Source: an uncultured Acetobacteraceae bacterium (GTDB lineage: Bacteria; Pseudomonadota; Alphaproteobacteria; Acetobacterales; Acetobacteraceae). Taken from it: a stretch of DNA of 47,257 nt. The translations under genes were made by a program, and so were the position numbers. Position 1 is the first letter of the stretch; the number at the start of each line of letters is the position of its first letter. Where the stretch lies: assembly GCA_964245725.1 (NCBI GenBank), contig CAXTOC010000001.1:1-47257 (forward strand), given 5' to 3'. Below, piece after piece: positions 1 to 9,605 of the stretch. The notes beneath the pieces are model-generated. The model was given only the letters and a program-made list of their open reading frames with translations, had not been told where the DNA came from and ran no database searches.

Positions 1-704
1 AGGCGGTAGCATTCCGACAGCCGGTGGCTGACGAACACGACTCCGATGGAGTCCTTGCGCAGCGCCTCGACGGCGCCGAACAGCACCTCGACCTCCGCCC
101 CGCTCAGCGCCGAGCTCGGCTCGTCCATGATCACGACGCGCGCGCCGAGCGAGACGACGCGGGCGATCGAGACCATCTGCTGCATCCCGAGCCCCAGGCT
201 GCGAAGCGGCTGACGCGGGTCAATCTCGAGGCCGTAGCGCCGCAGCACTTCCTCGGACTGCCGGATCATCAGCGCCTGGTCCGTGAGGCAGCCGAGACGG
301 CGCGGCTCGCGGCCGAGATAGATGTTGGCGGCAACGCTGCGGTCGGGGATCAGGTTGATCTCCTGGTAGACAGCGGCGACCCCGGCGTGCTGGGCGTCGC
401 GCGGGCTGTCGAACGCGACCGCCTTGTCCTCCAGCCACATCTCGCCGCTGCTCGGCTTGTGGAAGCCGGTGAGGATCTTGATCAGCGTCGACTTGCCGGC
501 ACCGTTCTCTCCCATCAGCCCGTGCACCTCGCCGGCCTTCAGGTCGAACGAGACGTCGCGCAGGGCCGACACGTTGCCGAACACCTTGCTCAGGTTGCGG
601 GTCCTCAGGATCATCGGCGGCAGTCCACGCGGCGAGGCGGAGGCTCCGTCCCACGGCCGCTGCGCCTCCCGGCTGGACGGATCACGATGGTCCCTCTCTT
701 TCAT
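1..704 (-). CDS. Sugar ABC transporter ATP-binding protein (YtfR/RbsA-like), runs off the left edge of the window
   Basis: Not in the ORF track; translated by hand from ATG 704: ...NLSKVFGNVSALRDVSFDLKAGEVHGLMGENGAGKSTLIKILTG (Walker A), IMDEPSSAL (Walker B), FVSHRL (H-loop). Lies downstream of the binding-protein gene. Confidence 0.9.
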   Translation of the reverse strand, partial: MKERDHRDPSSREAQRPWDGASASPRGLPPMILRTRNLSKVFGNVSALRDVSFDLKAGEVHGLMGENGAGKSTLIKILTGFHKPSSGEMWLEDKAVAFDSPRDAQHAGVAAVYQEINLIPDRSVAANIYLGREPRRLGCLTDQALMIRQSEEVLRRYGLEIDPRQPLRSLGLGMQQMVSIARVVSLGARVVIMDEPSSALSGAEVEVLFGAVEALRKDSIGVVFVSHRLSECYR

Positions 705-785
705 CGGGACGCCGCCGGCCCGAGAGCGTGACCGGCCCGATCACGCCTCGCCCGTCGGCCTGTGCAGCGGCGTCTGTGGGCCGAT

Positions 786-1838
786 CTAGTAGGGCGTGCC
801 CTGCTTCAGCGCCGCCGCGGCATTCGCCCTGGTATAGAGACCGTCCTTCATGATGAGCTTCTGCGACACCGGCTTGCCGGCGAACCACCCGTCCAGCGCC
901 TGGAAGGAGAGCGGCCCGAAGCGCGGGTTGGTCTCCACGTCGGCCTGTGCCCGGCCGGCCGCGATCGCCTGGACCAGCGTCTTGGTGCCGTCGATCGAGA
1001 CGATCGCGATGTCGCGGCCGGGCCGCTTGCCGCCCTGCTGGATCGCGCGCATGGCGCCGAGCGTCATGACGTCGGCGTGCGAGTAGAGCGCGGTCGCCGT
1101 CGAGTGCGCCAGCAGCATCTGCTCCATCACCCGCTGCGCGTCCGTCGCCGACCAGTTGCCGGTCTGGGCCGCCAGCAGACGCATCTCGGGATGCTTCTTC
1201 AGCCCGTCGGCGAAGCCCTGGGTGCGTTCGGTCTCCACCGCATTGCCGTAGGCGCCCTGTATCTCGACGATCTCCCCCTTGTCCCCGGTGGCTGCAGCCA
1301 GCGCATCGGCGGAGCGCTGCCCCTGCACGTAGAAGTCCGAGCCGATGTTGGTGATGAAGTTGCGGCACGGCGTGCCGGCGGTCACGCGATCGATGGTCAC
1401 CACCGGAATGTTCTTCGCCGCCGCCTGCTCGAGCGCCGGCTGCAGGCCGGTCGCGTTCAGGGGCGCCACGATGATCGCCTTGGCGCCCTGGCTGATCATG
1501 CTCTCGATGTCGGCGACCTGCTTGGCCTGGTCGTCGTTGGCGTTGGTGTAGAGCAGCCGCGCGACGCCGAGCTTCTTCGCCGTCGCCTTGACGGAGTTCG
1601 TCTCCGCCGCGCGGAACGGGTTCTGCTCGTTCTCGGACTGCGAGAAGCCGACGATCATGCCCGAAAGCGACGCATGGCTCGGCGACGGGTTGGTGCAGGT
1701 GGCCGAGGAGGTGGTGCCGACCACCTGGGCGCCGGCCTGATCGGTCGCCTGGGCCAGCGCGGGGGCCGCGAGCAGGCCCGAGAGCACACCGGCAGCCAGC
1801 GAGGTCCCGAACCGGAACCCGAACGACGCCTGTATCAT
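786..1838 (-). CDS. Sugar ABC transporter periplasmic binding protein, YtfQ (galactofuranose-binding)-like
   Basis: Signal peptide (…AAPALA), then VGFSQSENEQNPFRAAETNSVK, AKAIIVAP, IPVVTIDR, IVSIDG, DVETNPRFGP, typical of the Peripla_BP_4/YtfQ group. Confidence 0.85.
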   Translation of the reverse strand: MIQASFGFRFGTSLAAGVLSGLLAAPALAQATDQAGAQVVGTTSSATCTNPSPSHASLSGMIVGFSQSENEQNPFRAAETNSVKATAKKLGVARLLYTNANDDQAKQVADIESMISQGAKAIIVAPLNATGLQPALEQAAAKNIPVVTIDRVTAGTPCRNFITNIGSDFYVQGQRSADALAAATGDKGEIVEIQGAYGNAVETERTQGFADGLKKHPEMRLLAAQTGNWSATDAQRVMEQMLLAHSTATALYSHADVMTLGAMRAIQQGGKRPGRDIAIVSIDGTKTLVQAIAAGRAQADVETNPRFGPLSFQALDGWFAGKPVSQKLIMKDGLYTRANAAAALKQGTPY

Positions 1839-1928
1839 GATCGTCTACCCCCTGGTCGCGAGTCTGATCCGGCTCGTCTGTGCGGCCTCGTTGACCCTGC
1901 TTCGGCGCGAAGCTTATGAACCTGGGTT

Positions 1929-1940
1929 ATGTCTGACAAT
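1929..1940. promoter_or_regulatory. Possible GntR/FadR-type operator palindrome TGTC-T-GACA in the divergent promoter region
   Basis: ATGTCTGACAAT in a locally AT-rich patch between divergent sugar genes; resembles the TTGTCnGACAA motif of the FadR subfamily. Confidence 0.4.
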
Positions 1941-2110
1941 ACGCCGTTCGGAGAATATTTGGCCCACCCCCGGGGGACATGCCAGGCCGGAGCGGCGCAC
2001 ACTGTCGGGCCGGGTCGTGCTGGGCTATCGTGCGACGCCTTCGCCGGGTGCCGGGGCGTGCCGTGCAGGTTCAGGCGTCAGGAGTCCCGGCAACCAGCGG
2101 GAGGAACATC

Positions 2111-2956
2111 ATGTCGATCATCGCGCCATCCGAGACGAGGCCGGACGATTCCGCGCCCGACATCATCGGCGACGCGGCGACGCTGCGGCGGGACGGGGTC
2201 GTCGGGCTGAAGGCCGGCCTGCCGCGCGACTGGGTCGCGCAGCTGAACGAGGACATGATGACCGCGTTCTGGGAAGCCATCCAGCGACCGGGTGGAGCGA
2301 TCGGGCGCGGCCCGAGGCGCTGGTACGTCGAGCTGCATCCCGAGGCGCTGCGCGGCTTCGCGACGCTGGCGACGCATCCCTGGGTGACCGCGATGGCGAC
2401 CGAGATCCTGGGTCCGGAGTACCAGATCGTCGAGGTGGGGTTCGACACGCCGTTCCAGGGTGCCAAGCACCAGCCCTGGCACCGCGATTTCGCCTCCCCG
2501 CCGGAGACCTTCAGGGACAGGCGCATCACCTCGCTGGCCTTCAACGTCACCGGCGTCGACGTGACCTCCGACATGGGACCTTTCGAGGTGGCGCCCGGCA
2601 CGCAGTGGGATGATGGGCGCGACTGGAACCACGAGATGTTCCCGCCGGAAGCGATCTGGGGCCGCTTCGCCGAGCGCGGGGTGCGGAAATACCCGCAGAT
2701 GGGAGACATCTCCTGCCGGTCGGCGCTCACCGTGCATCGCGGCACCGCGCATCCGTCGCCGATCGCCCGTCCGGTCCTGGTGCTGGGTTTCGATGCGCCG
2801 GGCGCCGGCCACGCCGCCCTGCACGACATGATGGTGACGCAGCGCTACCACGACGCGCTGCCGTCCGCGTTGCGCGACCACCTGCATTGCCGCGTCGTCG
2901 AGACGCTGGTGCCGATCACCCAGAAGCACGACATCGAAGGGCTGGTCATGGGCTAG
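2111..2956 (+). CDS. Phytanoyl-CoA dioxygenase (PhyH)-family Fe(II)/2-oxoglutarate dioxygenase
   Basis: GAGGAA RBS before ATG 2111; HxD motif (QPWHRDF), GPFEVAPGT, distal His (TVHRG) and RPVL. Confidence 0.8.
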   Translation: MSIIAPSETRPDDSAPDIIGDAATLRRDGVVGLKAGLPRDWVAQLNEDMMTAFWEAIQRPGGAIGRGPRRWYVELHPEALRGFATLATHPWVTAMATEILGPEYQIVEVGFDTPFQGAKHQPWHRDFASPPETFRDRRITSLAFNVTGVDVTSDMGPFEVAPGTQWDDGRDWNHEMFPPEAIWGRFAERGVRKYPQMGDISCRSALTVHRGTAHPSPIARPVLVLGFDAPGAGHAALHDMMVTQRYHDALPSALRDHLHCRVVETLVPITQKHDIEGLVMG

Positions 2957-3006
2957 CGGCACCGCCCGCCGCCGCTCCCGGCACGTCCGACATCGAGGAG
3001 AACATC

Positions 3007-4068
3007 ATGGCAGCCGCTCGCACGGTCTTGATCGCGGGCGTGCACGGCGTCATCGGCCGGGCCGCCGCGCGTCGTTTCGCCGCGGCGGCGGACACGAAGG
3101 TGTACGGCCTGTCGCGCCGCACCGACGGCGTCGTGCCGGGCGTCGAGCCGGTCGCCGTCGACCTGCTGCGGCCCGACGATGTGCGCGACAAGCTGGGCAG
3201 GCTCAGCGACGTCACGCACATCGTGTTCGGCGCCTACCTGGAGAAGCCGACGGCCGCGGAGAAAAGCGAGATCAACGTGGCGATGCTGCGCAACCTGCTC
3301 GACGTGGTCGAGCAGAACGCCCCGGGGCTGCGGCACGTCACCTTCTACCAGGGCGGCAAGGCGTACGGCGCCGATCTCGGCCCGTTCAAGACGCCGGCGC
3401 GCGAGGACGATCCGCGTCTGATGCCGCCCAATTTCTACTACGACCAGGAAGACCTGATCCGCGCGCGCAGCGCGAGCGGCGCCTGGAGCTTCACCGCCCT
3501 GCGCCCGGAAGCGGTCTGCGGCTTCGCCCTGGGCAACCCGATGAACCTCACCATGGTGATCGCGGTCTATGCCGCCCTGTCCAGGGAGCTGGGCCTGCCG
3601 CTGCGCTTTCCCGGCAGTGACGCGGCCTACCGGGCGCTCTACCAGGTGACGTCGGCCGACATCCTGGCGGAGGCCGCGGACTGGGCCGGTGTGAGCGAGG
3701 CGGCGCGCGGCCAGATCTTCAACATCACCAACGGCGACTATTTCCGCTGGCAGCATCTATGGCCGAGGATCGCGCGCGCCTTCGACATGGACGTCGCCGA
3801 GCCCGTGCCGACGCCGCTCGCGACCTACATGGCCGACAAGGGGGGGCTCTGGGCGCGGATGATCGAGAAGCACGATCTGCGACCCATTTCCTACGAATCG
3901 CTCGTCTCCTGGCCCTTCGGCGACTTCATCTTCAACAGCGGCTTCGACAACATCAGCAGCACGATCAAGGCGCGGCGCGCGGGCTTCCAGTCCTGTATCG
4001 ACACCGAGGACATGTTCACGGTCTTCTTCGACCAGCTGCGCGCCGAGCGGATCATACCAGCCCGATAA
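3007..4068 (+). CDS. SDR oxidoreductase, PRISE (progesterone 5-beta-reductase/iridoid synthase)-like
   Basis: GAGGAG RBS; GVHGVIG, YGLSRR, QGGKAYG, PNFYYDQED, FNITNGD and STIKARRAGF match PRISE/VEP1-like motifs. Confidence 0.85.
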   Translation: MAAARTVLIAGVHGVIGRAAARRFAAAADTKVYGLSRRTDGVVPGVEPVAVDLLRPDDVRDKLGRLSDVTHIVFGAYLEKPTAAEKSEINVAMLRNLLDVVEQNAPGLRHVTFYQGGKAYGADLGPFKTPAREDDPRLMPPNFYYDQEDLIRARSASGAWSFTALRPEAVCGFALGNPMNLTMVIAVYAALSRELGLPLRFPGSDAAYRALYQVTSADILAEAADWAGVSEAARGQIFNITNGDYFRWQHLWPRIARAFDMDVAEPVPTPLATYMADKGGLWARMIEKHDLRPISYESLVSWPFGDFIFNSGFDNISSTIKARRAGFQSCIDTEDMFTVFFDQLRAERIIPAR

Positions 4069-4092
4069 CAAAAACAAGCAGGGAGTGACGAC

Positions 4093-5088
4093 ATGAACTG
4101 GACCGCGCTCGCTGGCGGCGATCCGCCGTTCGGCCGGTATTCTCCACTGCCGCTGGGCGATCTCCCCGGCACGCGTTTCCCCAATCCGTCCGTCGAGGTT
4201 CTCGACAGGCGTTTCACCGCCAAGCAGGGGAACGCCGCGATCCAGCGTCTCGCGACCGGGTTCGGCTGGGCCGAGGGCCCCGTCTACTTCGCCGACGGCG
4301 GCTACCTCCTGTGGAGCGACATCCCGAACAGCCGAATCATGCGCTGGCTCGAGGAGGACGGCCACGTCAGCGTCTTCCGCGCGAACAGCCACCACGCCAA
4401 CGGCAACACCCGCGACCGCGAAGGGCGCCTGCTGACGTGCGAGCACGATTCGCGCCGGGTCACGCGCACCGAGCGGGACGGCAGCATCAGCGTCGTGATG
4501 GACGCCTACGACGGCAAGCGCCTGAACGCGCCGAACGACATCATCGTCGCCTCGGATGGCGCGATCTGGTTCACCGATCCCGGCTACGGCATCGACGGGC
4601 CCTACGAGGGCCACGCGGCGGACGCGGAGCTCGGCCGACACGTCTATCGTCTCGATCCGGGGGGTGAGGCGAGCATCGTGGCGGACGACTTCATCCGCCC
4701 CAACGGCCTGGCGCTGTCGCCGGACGAGCGTCGGCTCTACGTCGTCGATAGCGGGATCACCCATGGCGGTCCGTCGCATATCCGGGTGTTCGACGTCGAG
4801 CAGGGGCACTTGCGAAACGGACGGGTGTTCGCGGAAGATTTCGCGCCCGGCTTCACCGACGGGCTTCGCTGCGACATCCAGGGCAACGTGTGGTGCAGCA
4901 TGGGCTGGGCCGATCCCGGCGAGGACGGCGTACGATGCTACGCCCCAAACGGGGACCTGATCGGCAAGATCCATCTTCCCGAGACATGCGCCAACCTCTG
5001 TTTCGGCGGAAAGAAGAACCACCGGCTGTTCATGGCGGCGAGCACGTCTCTGTACGCGGTGTACCTCAACACCGCCGGGGCCGCGTAG
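4093..5088 (+). CDS. SMP-30/gluconolactonase family lactonase
   Basis: WAEGPVYF, LNAPND, IWFTDPGYG, PNGLALSPD, TDGLRCD, ANLCFGG. Confidence 0.92.
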   Translation: MNWTALAGGDPPFGRYSPLPLGDLPGTRFPNPSVEVLDRRFTAKQGNAAIQRLATGFGWAEGPVYFADGGYLLWSDIPNSRIMRWLEEDGHVSVFRANSHHANGNTRDREGRLLTCEHDSRRVTRTERDGSISVVMDAYDGKRLNAPNDIIVASDGAIWFTDPGYGIDGPYEGHAADAELGRHVYRLDPGGEASIVADDFIRPNGLALSPDERRLYVVDSGITHGGPSHIRVFDVEQGHLRNGRVFAEDFAPGFTDGLRCDIQGNVWCSMGWADPGEDGVRCYAPNGDLIGKIHLPETCANLCFGGKKNHRLFMAASTSLYAVYLNTAGAA

Positions 5089-5169
5089 TCGCGTTCCGCC
5101 GCGACGGTCGGTCCGGGACGGCCGCGGAGCGGGAACCGTCTCGAGGGTAGGCACGGGGAGGATCTCGGC

Positions 5170-6495
5170 ATGTCGATGAGCGCGGCAGGTGCGACGACCG
5201 CGGGCACTCGAAACCAGACCCTCATGCCGCCGGCGCGGTGGCTGATGGTGTGGCTGTGCTTCATGGCGCTCGCGGTCAACTACACCGATCGCGCCAATCT
5301 CGCCGTCGCCGCACCCAGCATCAGGCAGGCGCTGCACCTCGACAGCACCACCATGGGCTTCCTGCTCGGCTCGTTCTTCTGGACCTACGCCATCATGCAG
5401 CTTCCGGCCGGCTGGCTGGTGGACCGGTTCGGCGCGCGCCTGATGTTCCCGATCGCGGTGTGCTGGTGGTCGCTGTTCACCGCCTTGACCGCGGTGGCCA
5501 ACTCGGCGGCAGCGCTGTTCGGCTTTCGCCTGCTGCTCGGCGCCGGCGAGGCAGGCGGCTACCCGTCCTCCGCGCGCGTGGTGGCACGCTGGTTCCCGCC
5601 GCACGAACGCGGCATCGCCTCGTCGATCTTCGACTCCGGATCGCGCGTCGGCAACCTCGTGGCGATCCCGCTCTGCGCCTGGCTGATCAGCTCGTTCGGC
5701 TGGCGCGCCTCGTTCGTCGTGACCGGGCTGCTCGGCTTCGTCTGGACCGCGGCTTGGCTCGCGATCTATCGCAAGCCCGAGCGCCATCCCGACGTCACGC
5801 CGGAGGCGCTGCGCGAGATCGAGCAGAGTCGCGCCGCGCCGGCGGTCGACGAGCCGGCGATAGGCTGGTCGTCGCTGTTCCGCTATCGCACGGTCTGGGG
5901 CATGATGATCGGGTTCTTCTGCCTCAACTTCGTCATCTACTTCTTTATCACCTGGTTTCCGACCTACCTGATGTCGGCGCGGCACTTCTCGCTCAAGCAG
6001 TTCGGCGTCCTCGGGCTGATCCCCGGCCTGATCGCGGTGCCGGGCGGCTGGCTCGGCGGCTTCACGTCGGACTGGCTGTATCGCCGCGGCTGGAGCCTGA
6101 CCGCGGCACGCAAGACCTGCCTCGTGGGCGGCATGCTGCTGTCGTCCGTCATCACCTTCGCCGCCATCGTGCCGGCAGCGTGGATGGCGCTGGCGCTGTT
6201 CGGAGTCGCCTACGCGTCCCTCGCCTTCACCGCGGCGAGCATCTGGTCGCTGCCCGGCGACGTGGCCCCGACGCGTGCCCATGTCGCGTCCATCGGCGGG
6301 ATCCAGAACTTCGCCTCCAACCTCGCCGGCGTGGTGACCACGAGTTTCACCGGCGTGATGCTGACCATCACCCATGGCTCGTTCGCGATCCCGCTCGCCA
6401 CCGCCGGACTGCTCTGCCTGCTCGGTGCCGCGAGCTACCTGTTCATCGTCGGCCGGATCGAGCCCCTGCCGGCGATCGCGTCACGTCGCAGCTGA
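5170..6495 (+). CDS. MFS transporter, anion:cation symporter family (ExuT/GudP/DgoT-like sugar-acid permease)
   Basis: NYTDRANLAVA, QLPAGWLVDRFGAR, GEAGGYP, WFPPHERG, FITWFPTYL; about 12 TM segments. Confidence 0.9.
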   Translation: MSMSAAGATTAGTRNQTLMPPARWLMVWLCFMALAVNYTDRANLAVAAPSIRQALHLDSTTMGFLLGSFFWTYAIMQLPAGWLVDRFGARLMFPIAVCWWSLFTALTAVANSAAALFGFRLLLGAGEAGGYPSSARVVARWFPPHERGIASSIFDSGSRVGNLVAIPLCAWLISSFGWRASFVVTGLLGFVWTAAWLAIYRKPERHPDVTPEALREIEQSRAAPAVDEPAIGWSSLFRYRTVWGMMIGFFCLNFVIYFFITWFPTYLMSARHFSLKQFGVLGLIPGLIAVPGGWLGGFTSDWLYRRGWSLTAARKTCLVGGMLLSSVITFAAIVPAAWMALALFGVAYASLAFTAASIWSLPGDVAPTRAHVASIGGIQNFASNLAGVVTTSFTGVMLTITHGSFAIPLATAGLLCLLGAASYLFIVGRIEPLPAIASRRS

Positions 6496-6606
6496 GGCGC
6501 GCTCGGGCGACCAGCGTCGGGATCCACGAGACCGGTCAGGCCGCCGCGGGCAGGCGCCCTTGCGGCTCGTCCGTCGGACCGGCCTCCGAGCCAGGTCTCG
6601 ACTGGC

Positions 6607-7605
6607 TCAGGGCGTGAACACGGCCTTGGCGCCGGGGCTCGCCTCGTAGGCCATGGCGGCCTCGACTTCCTCCAGGCCGAAGGTCCGACCGACGCGCGTG
6701 AAGAGGAGTGGATCGCCCAGCTCCGCCTCCAGCGCGTGCAAGGATCGCTCCAGCGCCTGAGGATCGCGCACGGTCGGCGTCTCGAAATTGCTGAAGCGCC
6801 TGAGGGTCAGGTTACGGGCCATGAGCAGGGCGGAGGGGAAAGCCACCGGCTCAGGGCCTGCCAGGAAGCCGTAGGCGTAGACGATGGAGCGCTGCGCCAG
6901 GTGCGGCAGCAATCGGCTGAGGGCGCGCCCGCCGACCCCGTCGAAGACCGCCGTCGCGCTCAGCGCCTCCGCCCGGCGGCCAAAGGCTTCCAGGGCGGCT
7001 TCCCCCTCGACGAGGAGAACATCCTCGATGCCGTGGCGCTCCAGCTCCGTCTTCGCAGCCGCCGCGCGCACCAGCACCAGGGCGGCCACGCCGCGTCGGC
7101 GCGCCAGCGCCGCCAGCGCGTGTCCCGTCGCCGAACCCCCAGCGGTTGCCACCACCGCGCGGTGACCTTCCGCGGCGGCGGTGTCCAGGAACGCGTAGGC
7201 CGTGATGATGTTGACCAGCGAGCCGCTATAGTCGCGCGCGTCGCTCCGATCCGGCAGGCGCAGGCAGGCGGTGTAGGGGACCTGTGCCGTCTCGCACCAC
7301 AGCCCGACCGTATGCGGACCGCGGCCGATCGAGCGGTAGACGGCCACCTGTCGGCCGACATAGCCGGCCGGCACGCCGAGTCCGGCGGCGACCACTCTGC
7401 CGGCTGCCGAGGCACCCCAGACGTCGTGGCCGCTGCTGGCGAGCGTCGGCCCGGCCGCCTCCGGTCGCTTCAGGAAGGTCTTGTCGCCGTGATTGATCGC
7501 GGCGGCCTCGATTCGCACCGTCAGATGCCGCGGTGGCGGGTCGCGCGGCTCGGGGACATCGCGGACCTCCAGCTCACGTTCGGCCGTCACGCAGATGGCT
7601 CGCAC
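6607..7605 (-). CDS. MDR-family (quinone-reductase-like) oxidoreductase
   Basis: GTG 7605 with AAGGAGG RBS; AAAINHGD, TAGGSATG, VFDGVGG, YAYGFL; divergent from an HxlR regulator. Confidence 0.8.
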   Translation of the reverse strand: MRAICVTAERELEVRDVPEPRDPPPRHLTVRIEAAAINHGDKTFLKRPEAAGPTLASSGHDVWGASAAGRVVAAGLGVPAGYVGRQVAVYRSIGRGPHTVGLWCETAQVPYTACLRLPDRSDARDYSGSLVNIITAYAFLDTAAAEGHRAVVATAGGSATGHALAALARRRGVAALVLVRAAAAKTELERHGIEDVLLVEGEAALEAFGRRAEALSATAVFDGVGGRALSRLLPHLAQRSIVYAYGFLAGPEPVAFPSALLMARNLTLRRFSNFETPTVRDPQALERSLHALEAELGDPLLFTRVGRTFGLEEVEAAMAYEASPGAKAVFTP

Positions 7606-7709
7606 TCTCGCCTCCTTCGCTGCTCCCCGGCCATGACAGCCGCGGCCCGGCGAGGTTGCACTCCCGCTTACCCTTTGCAAATACGGTCGTTTTTGTTAGT
7701 GCGTCGGCG

Positions 7710-8048
7710 ATGTCGACCTCACCATCCCCATGCCCGGTCGCCTTCGCCACCCGCGTGATCGGAGGCAAGTGGAAGCCGCGGATCGTCTGGGCGCTGATCC
7801 GGACCGAGACCTTGCGGTTCTCGGAGTTGCGACGCGCGTGTCCGCCCATCAGCGACCGCATCCTCTCCCGCGAGCTCAAGGAGCTGGAAGGCGCAGGGCT
7901 GATCCGCCGCGAGCAGCATCCGGGCCTGCCGCCCCGCACCGACTACGGCCTCACGGAACTCGGACGCACGCTTCAGCCCGTGATGGCCGCCATGGCGGAC
8001 TGGGCGCTACGGAGCAGGCCCACCATCGAGGCGGCAGAGGCAGGATGA
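7710..8048 (+). CDS. HxlR-family winged-helix transcriptional regulator
   Basis: CPVAFATRVIGGKWKPRI, LRFSELRR, LSRELKELE, PPRTDYGLTELG. Confidence 0.92.
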   Translation: MSTSPSPCPVAFATRVIGGKWKPRIVWALIRTETLRFSELRRACPPISDRILSRELKELEGAGLIRREQHPGLPPRTDYGLTELGRTLQPVMAAMADWALRSRPTIEAAEAG

Positions 8049-8166
8049 GGCCGCCCGGTCGCAAAGCCGCGCCGGTCGGACCTGCCATCTCCAGCTGCTG
8101 GACGGACGGCGCGTCCTCCGCATGTCGCGGGTCGGGTGCTGGCCGCCGTCCAGGCGCTGCAGCAGG

Positions 8167-9333
8167 CTAGAGTGCGGGAAACTGCGTCGTCACCAGGCAC
8201 TGCGCGCCGATGCCGTCGCCTCGTCCGTAATAGCCGGCCTGATAGGTCGTGACCTGCTTGACGCTGATCCGGTTCCTGTCGATGGAGAGCAGCGAGGCCA
8301 GCCTGATGGTCATCTTCTCGTGACTCGGCCCGATCTCCGGCGCGTCGCTGAGGATCGTGAGGTCCAGGTGCACGATCCGGCCGCCTTTCATCGACACCAG
8401 CGAGACCGCCTGCCTGACGAAGAAGTCCGAGGTCTTGCCGCGGAAGCCGGGCATGTCCGGCTGGAAGTGCGTGCCCTGCGCGGTGCTGCCGACGGTTCCC
8501 AGCAACGCGTCGGTCACGGCGTTGAGCGGAATATCGCCGTTGTGGTTGCGCATGATCCCACGATGGTGCGGCACCGGGATGCCGCACATCATCACGTGGT
8601 CGCCCGACCCGAAGGCGTGAAAATCGAAGCCCCAGCCGACGTGGTTCTCCTGCCGCCCGCGCTGCAGGATGATCTCGGCGCGTGCCAGATCGCGTTCCGT
8701 GGTGATCTTGAAGTTGTCGTCGCTGCCCTCGATGATCGCGACCCTCAGGCCGTACTTCTCGATGACCATCGAGTCGTCGGTGAGATCGGCATGGATCGGG
8801 TTGCTGTAATGGACTTCTTCATGCGCCTTTAGGATCTCGGCGAAGTGGAAGCCCTGCGGCGTCTGCGCACGCCACGTGTTGGAACGATCGACCGTGCCCT
8901 CGATGAAGCCGTTGACGCATCGCTTCAGCGTGTCGGGAACGCTCAGGCCGGTGACGACCGCAGGACCATGATCCAGCGCCGCGATGACCGCGCTGATGGT
9001 GTCCTGCTCGACGAAGGGGCGCACGGCATCGTGGATGATGACCTTCTCAGGCGGCTGGGCGGCGATGCTCTCCAGGCCGAACCGCACCGATTCCTGGCGC
9101 GTGTTGCCGCCGATCACCGGCGCGGGAAGCGACAGACCGGCGGTCGCCTCTTCATAGAGGTCGAGATCGGCCGGATGGATCACCGACTGGACCCGGCTGA
9201 TCTCCGGATGGCGCAGGAAGGCGAGCAGCGTGTGCCGGATGACGGGCATGTTGTCGAGGCTGCGATACTGCTTGGGAATGGGCCCTCCCATGCGGCGCCC
9301 GCGCCCGGCGCCGACGATGATTACTGCGGTCAT
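8167..9333 (-). CDS. ispDF: Bifunctional IspD/IspF-like protein: intact MEP cytidylyltransferase domain plus divergent MEcPP synthase domain
   Basis: IspD motifs GAGRGRRMG..PKQY, GGNTRQESV, IHDAVRPF, AQTPQGF, TDD, NFKITT..DL; C-terminal GWGFDFH…DALLG…GRGDGI is IspF-like. Start 9333 chosen; an alternative start is 9387. Confidence 0.88.
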   Translation of the reverse strand: MTAVIIVGAGRGRRMGGPIPKQYRSLDNMPVIRHTLLAFLRHPEISRVQSVIHPADLDLYEEATAGLSLPAPVIGGNTRQESVRFGLESIAAQPPEKVIIHDAVRPFVEQDTISAVIAALDHGPAVVTGLSVPDTLKRCVNGFIEGTVDRSNTWRAQTPQGFHFAEILKAHEEVHYSNPIHADLTDDSMVIEKYGLRVAIIEGSDDNFKITTERDLARAEIILQRGRQENHVGWGFDFHAFGSGDHVMMCGIPVPHHRGIMRNHNGDIPLNAVTDALLGTVGSTAQGTHFQPDMPGFRGKTSDFFVRQAVSLVSMKGGRIVHLDLTILSDAPEIGPSHEKMTIRLASLLSIDRNRISVKQVTTYQAGYYGRGDGIGAQCLVTTQFPAL

Positions 9334-9605
9334 GCTGCTCGTCCGATGTCTGCCGAAGTGCGAACTCGACTGGAGGTTCGTGCCCATCTACCGCAACTGG
9401 GGCGGCCAGGTCCAAAATCGGCCGCGATCCATCCCGGCCGGATGAGCCTTCGGCGCGCTACGCGCCCGGTGGGGCGCCTCGCCCCTGGCCTACCAACTCC
9501 TTGAATCACTGAAACAAATTCGCGTAGAATGGAGCCCCGGGGGCCTCTCCCGAGTGAACGTCGAGAGGTTCCCGAATCGCTGCAGCATGACCTGGAAACA
9601 AGAGC

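Noticed and set aside
3757-6375. 872-aa minus-strand ORF, and many similar long antisense ORFs (e.g. 762-1919, 35469-37301)
   Set aside because: Shadow frames of well-supported genes in high-GC DNA; Arg/Ala/Pro-rich with no motifs
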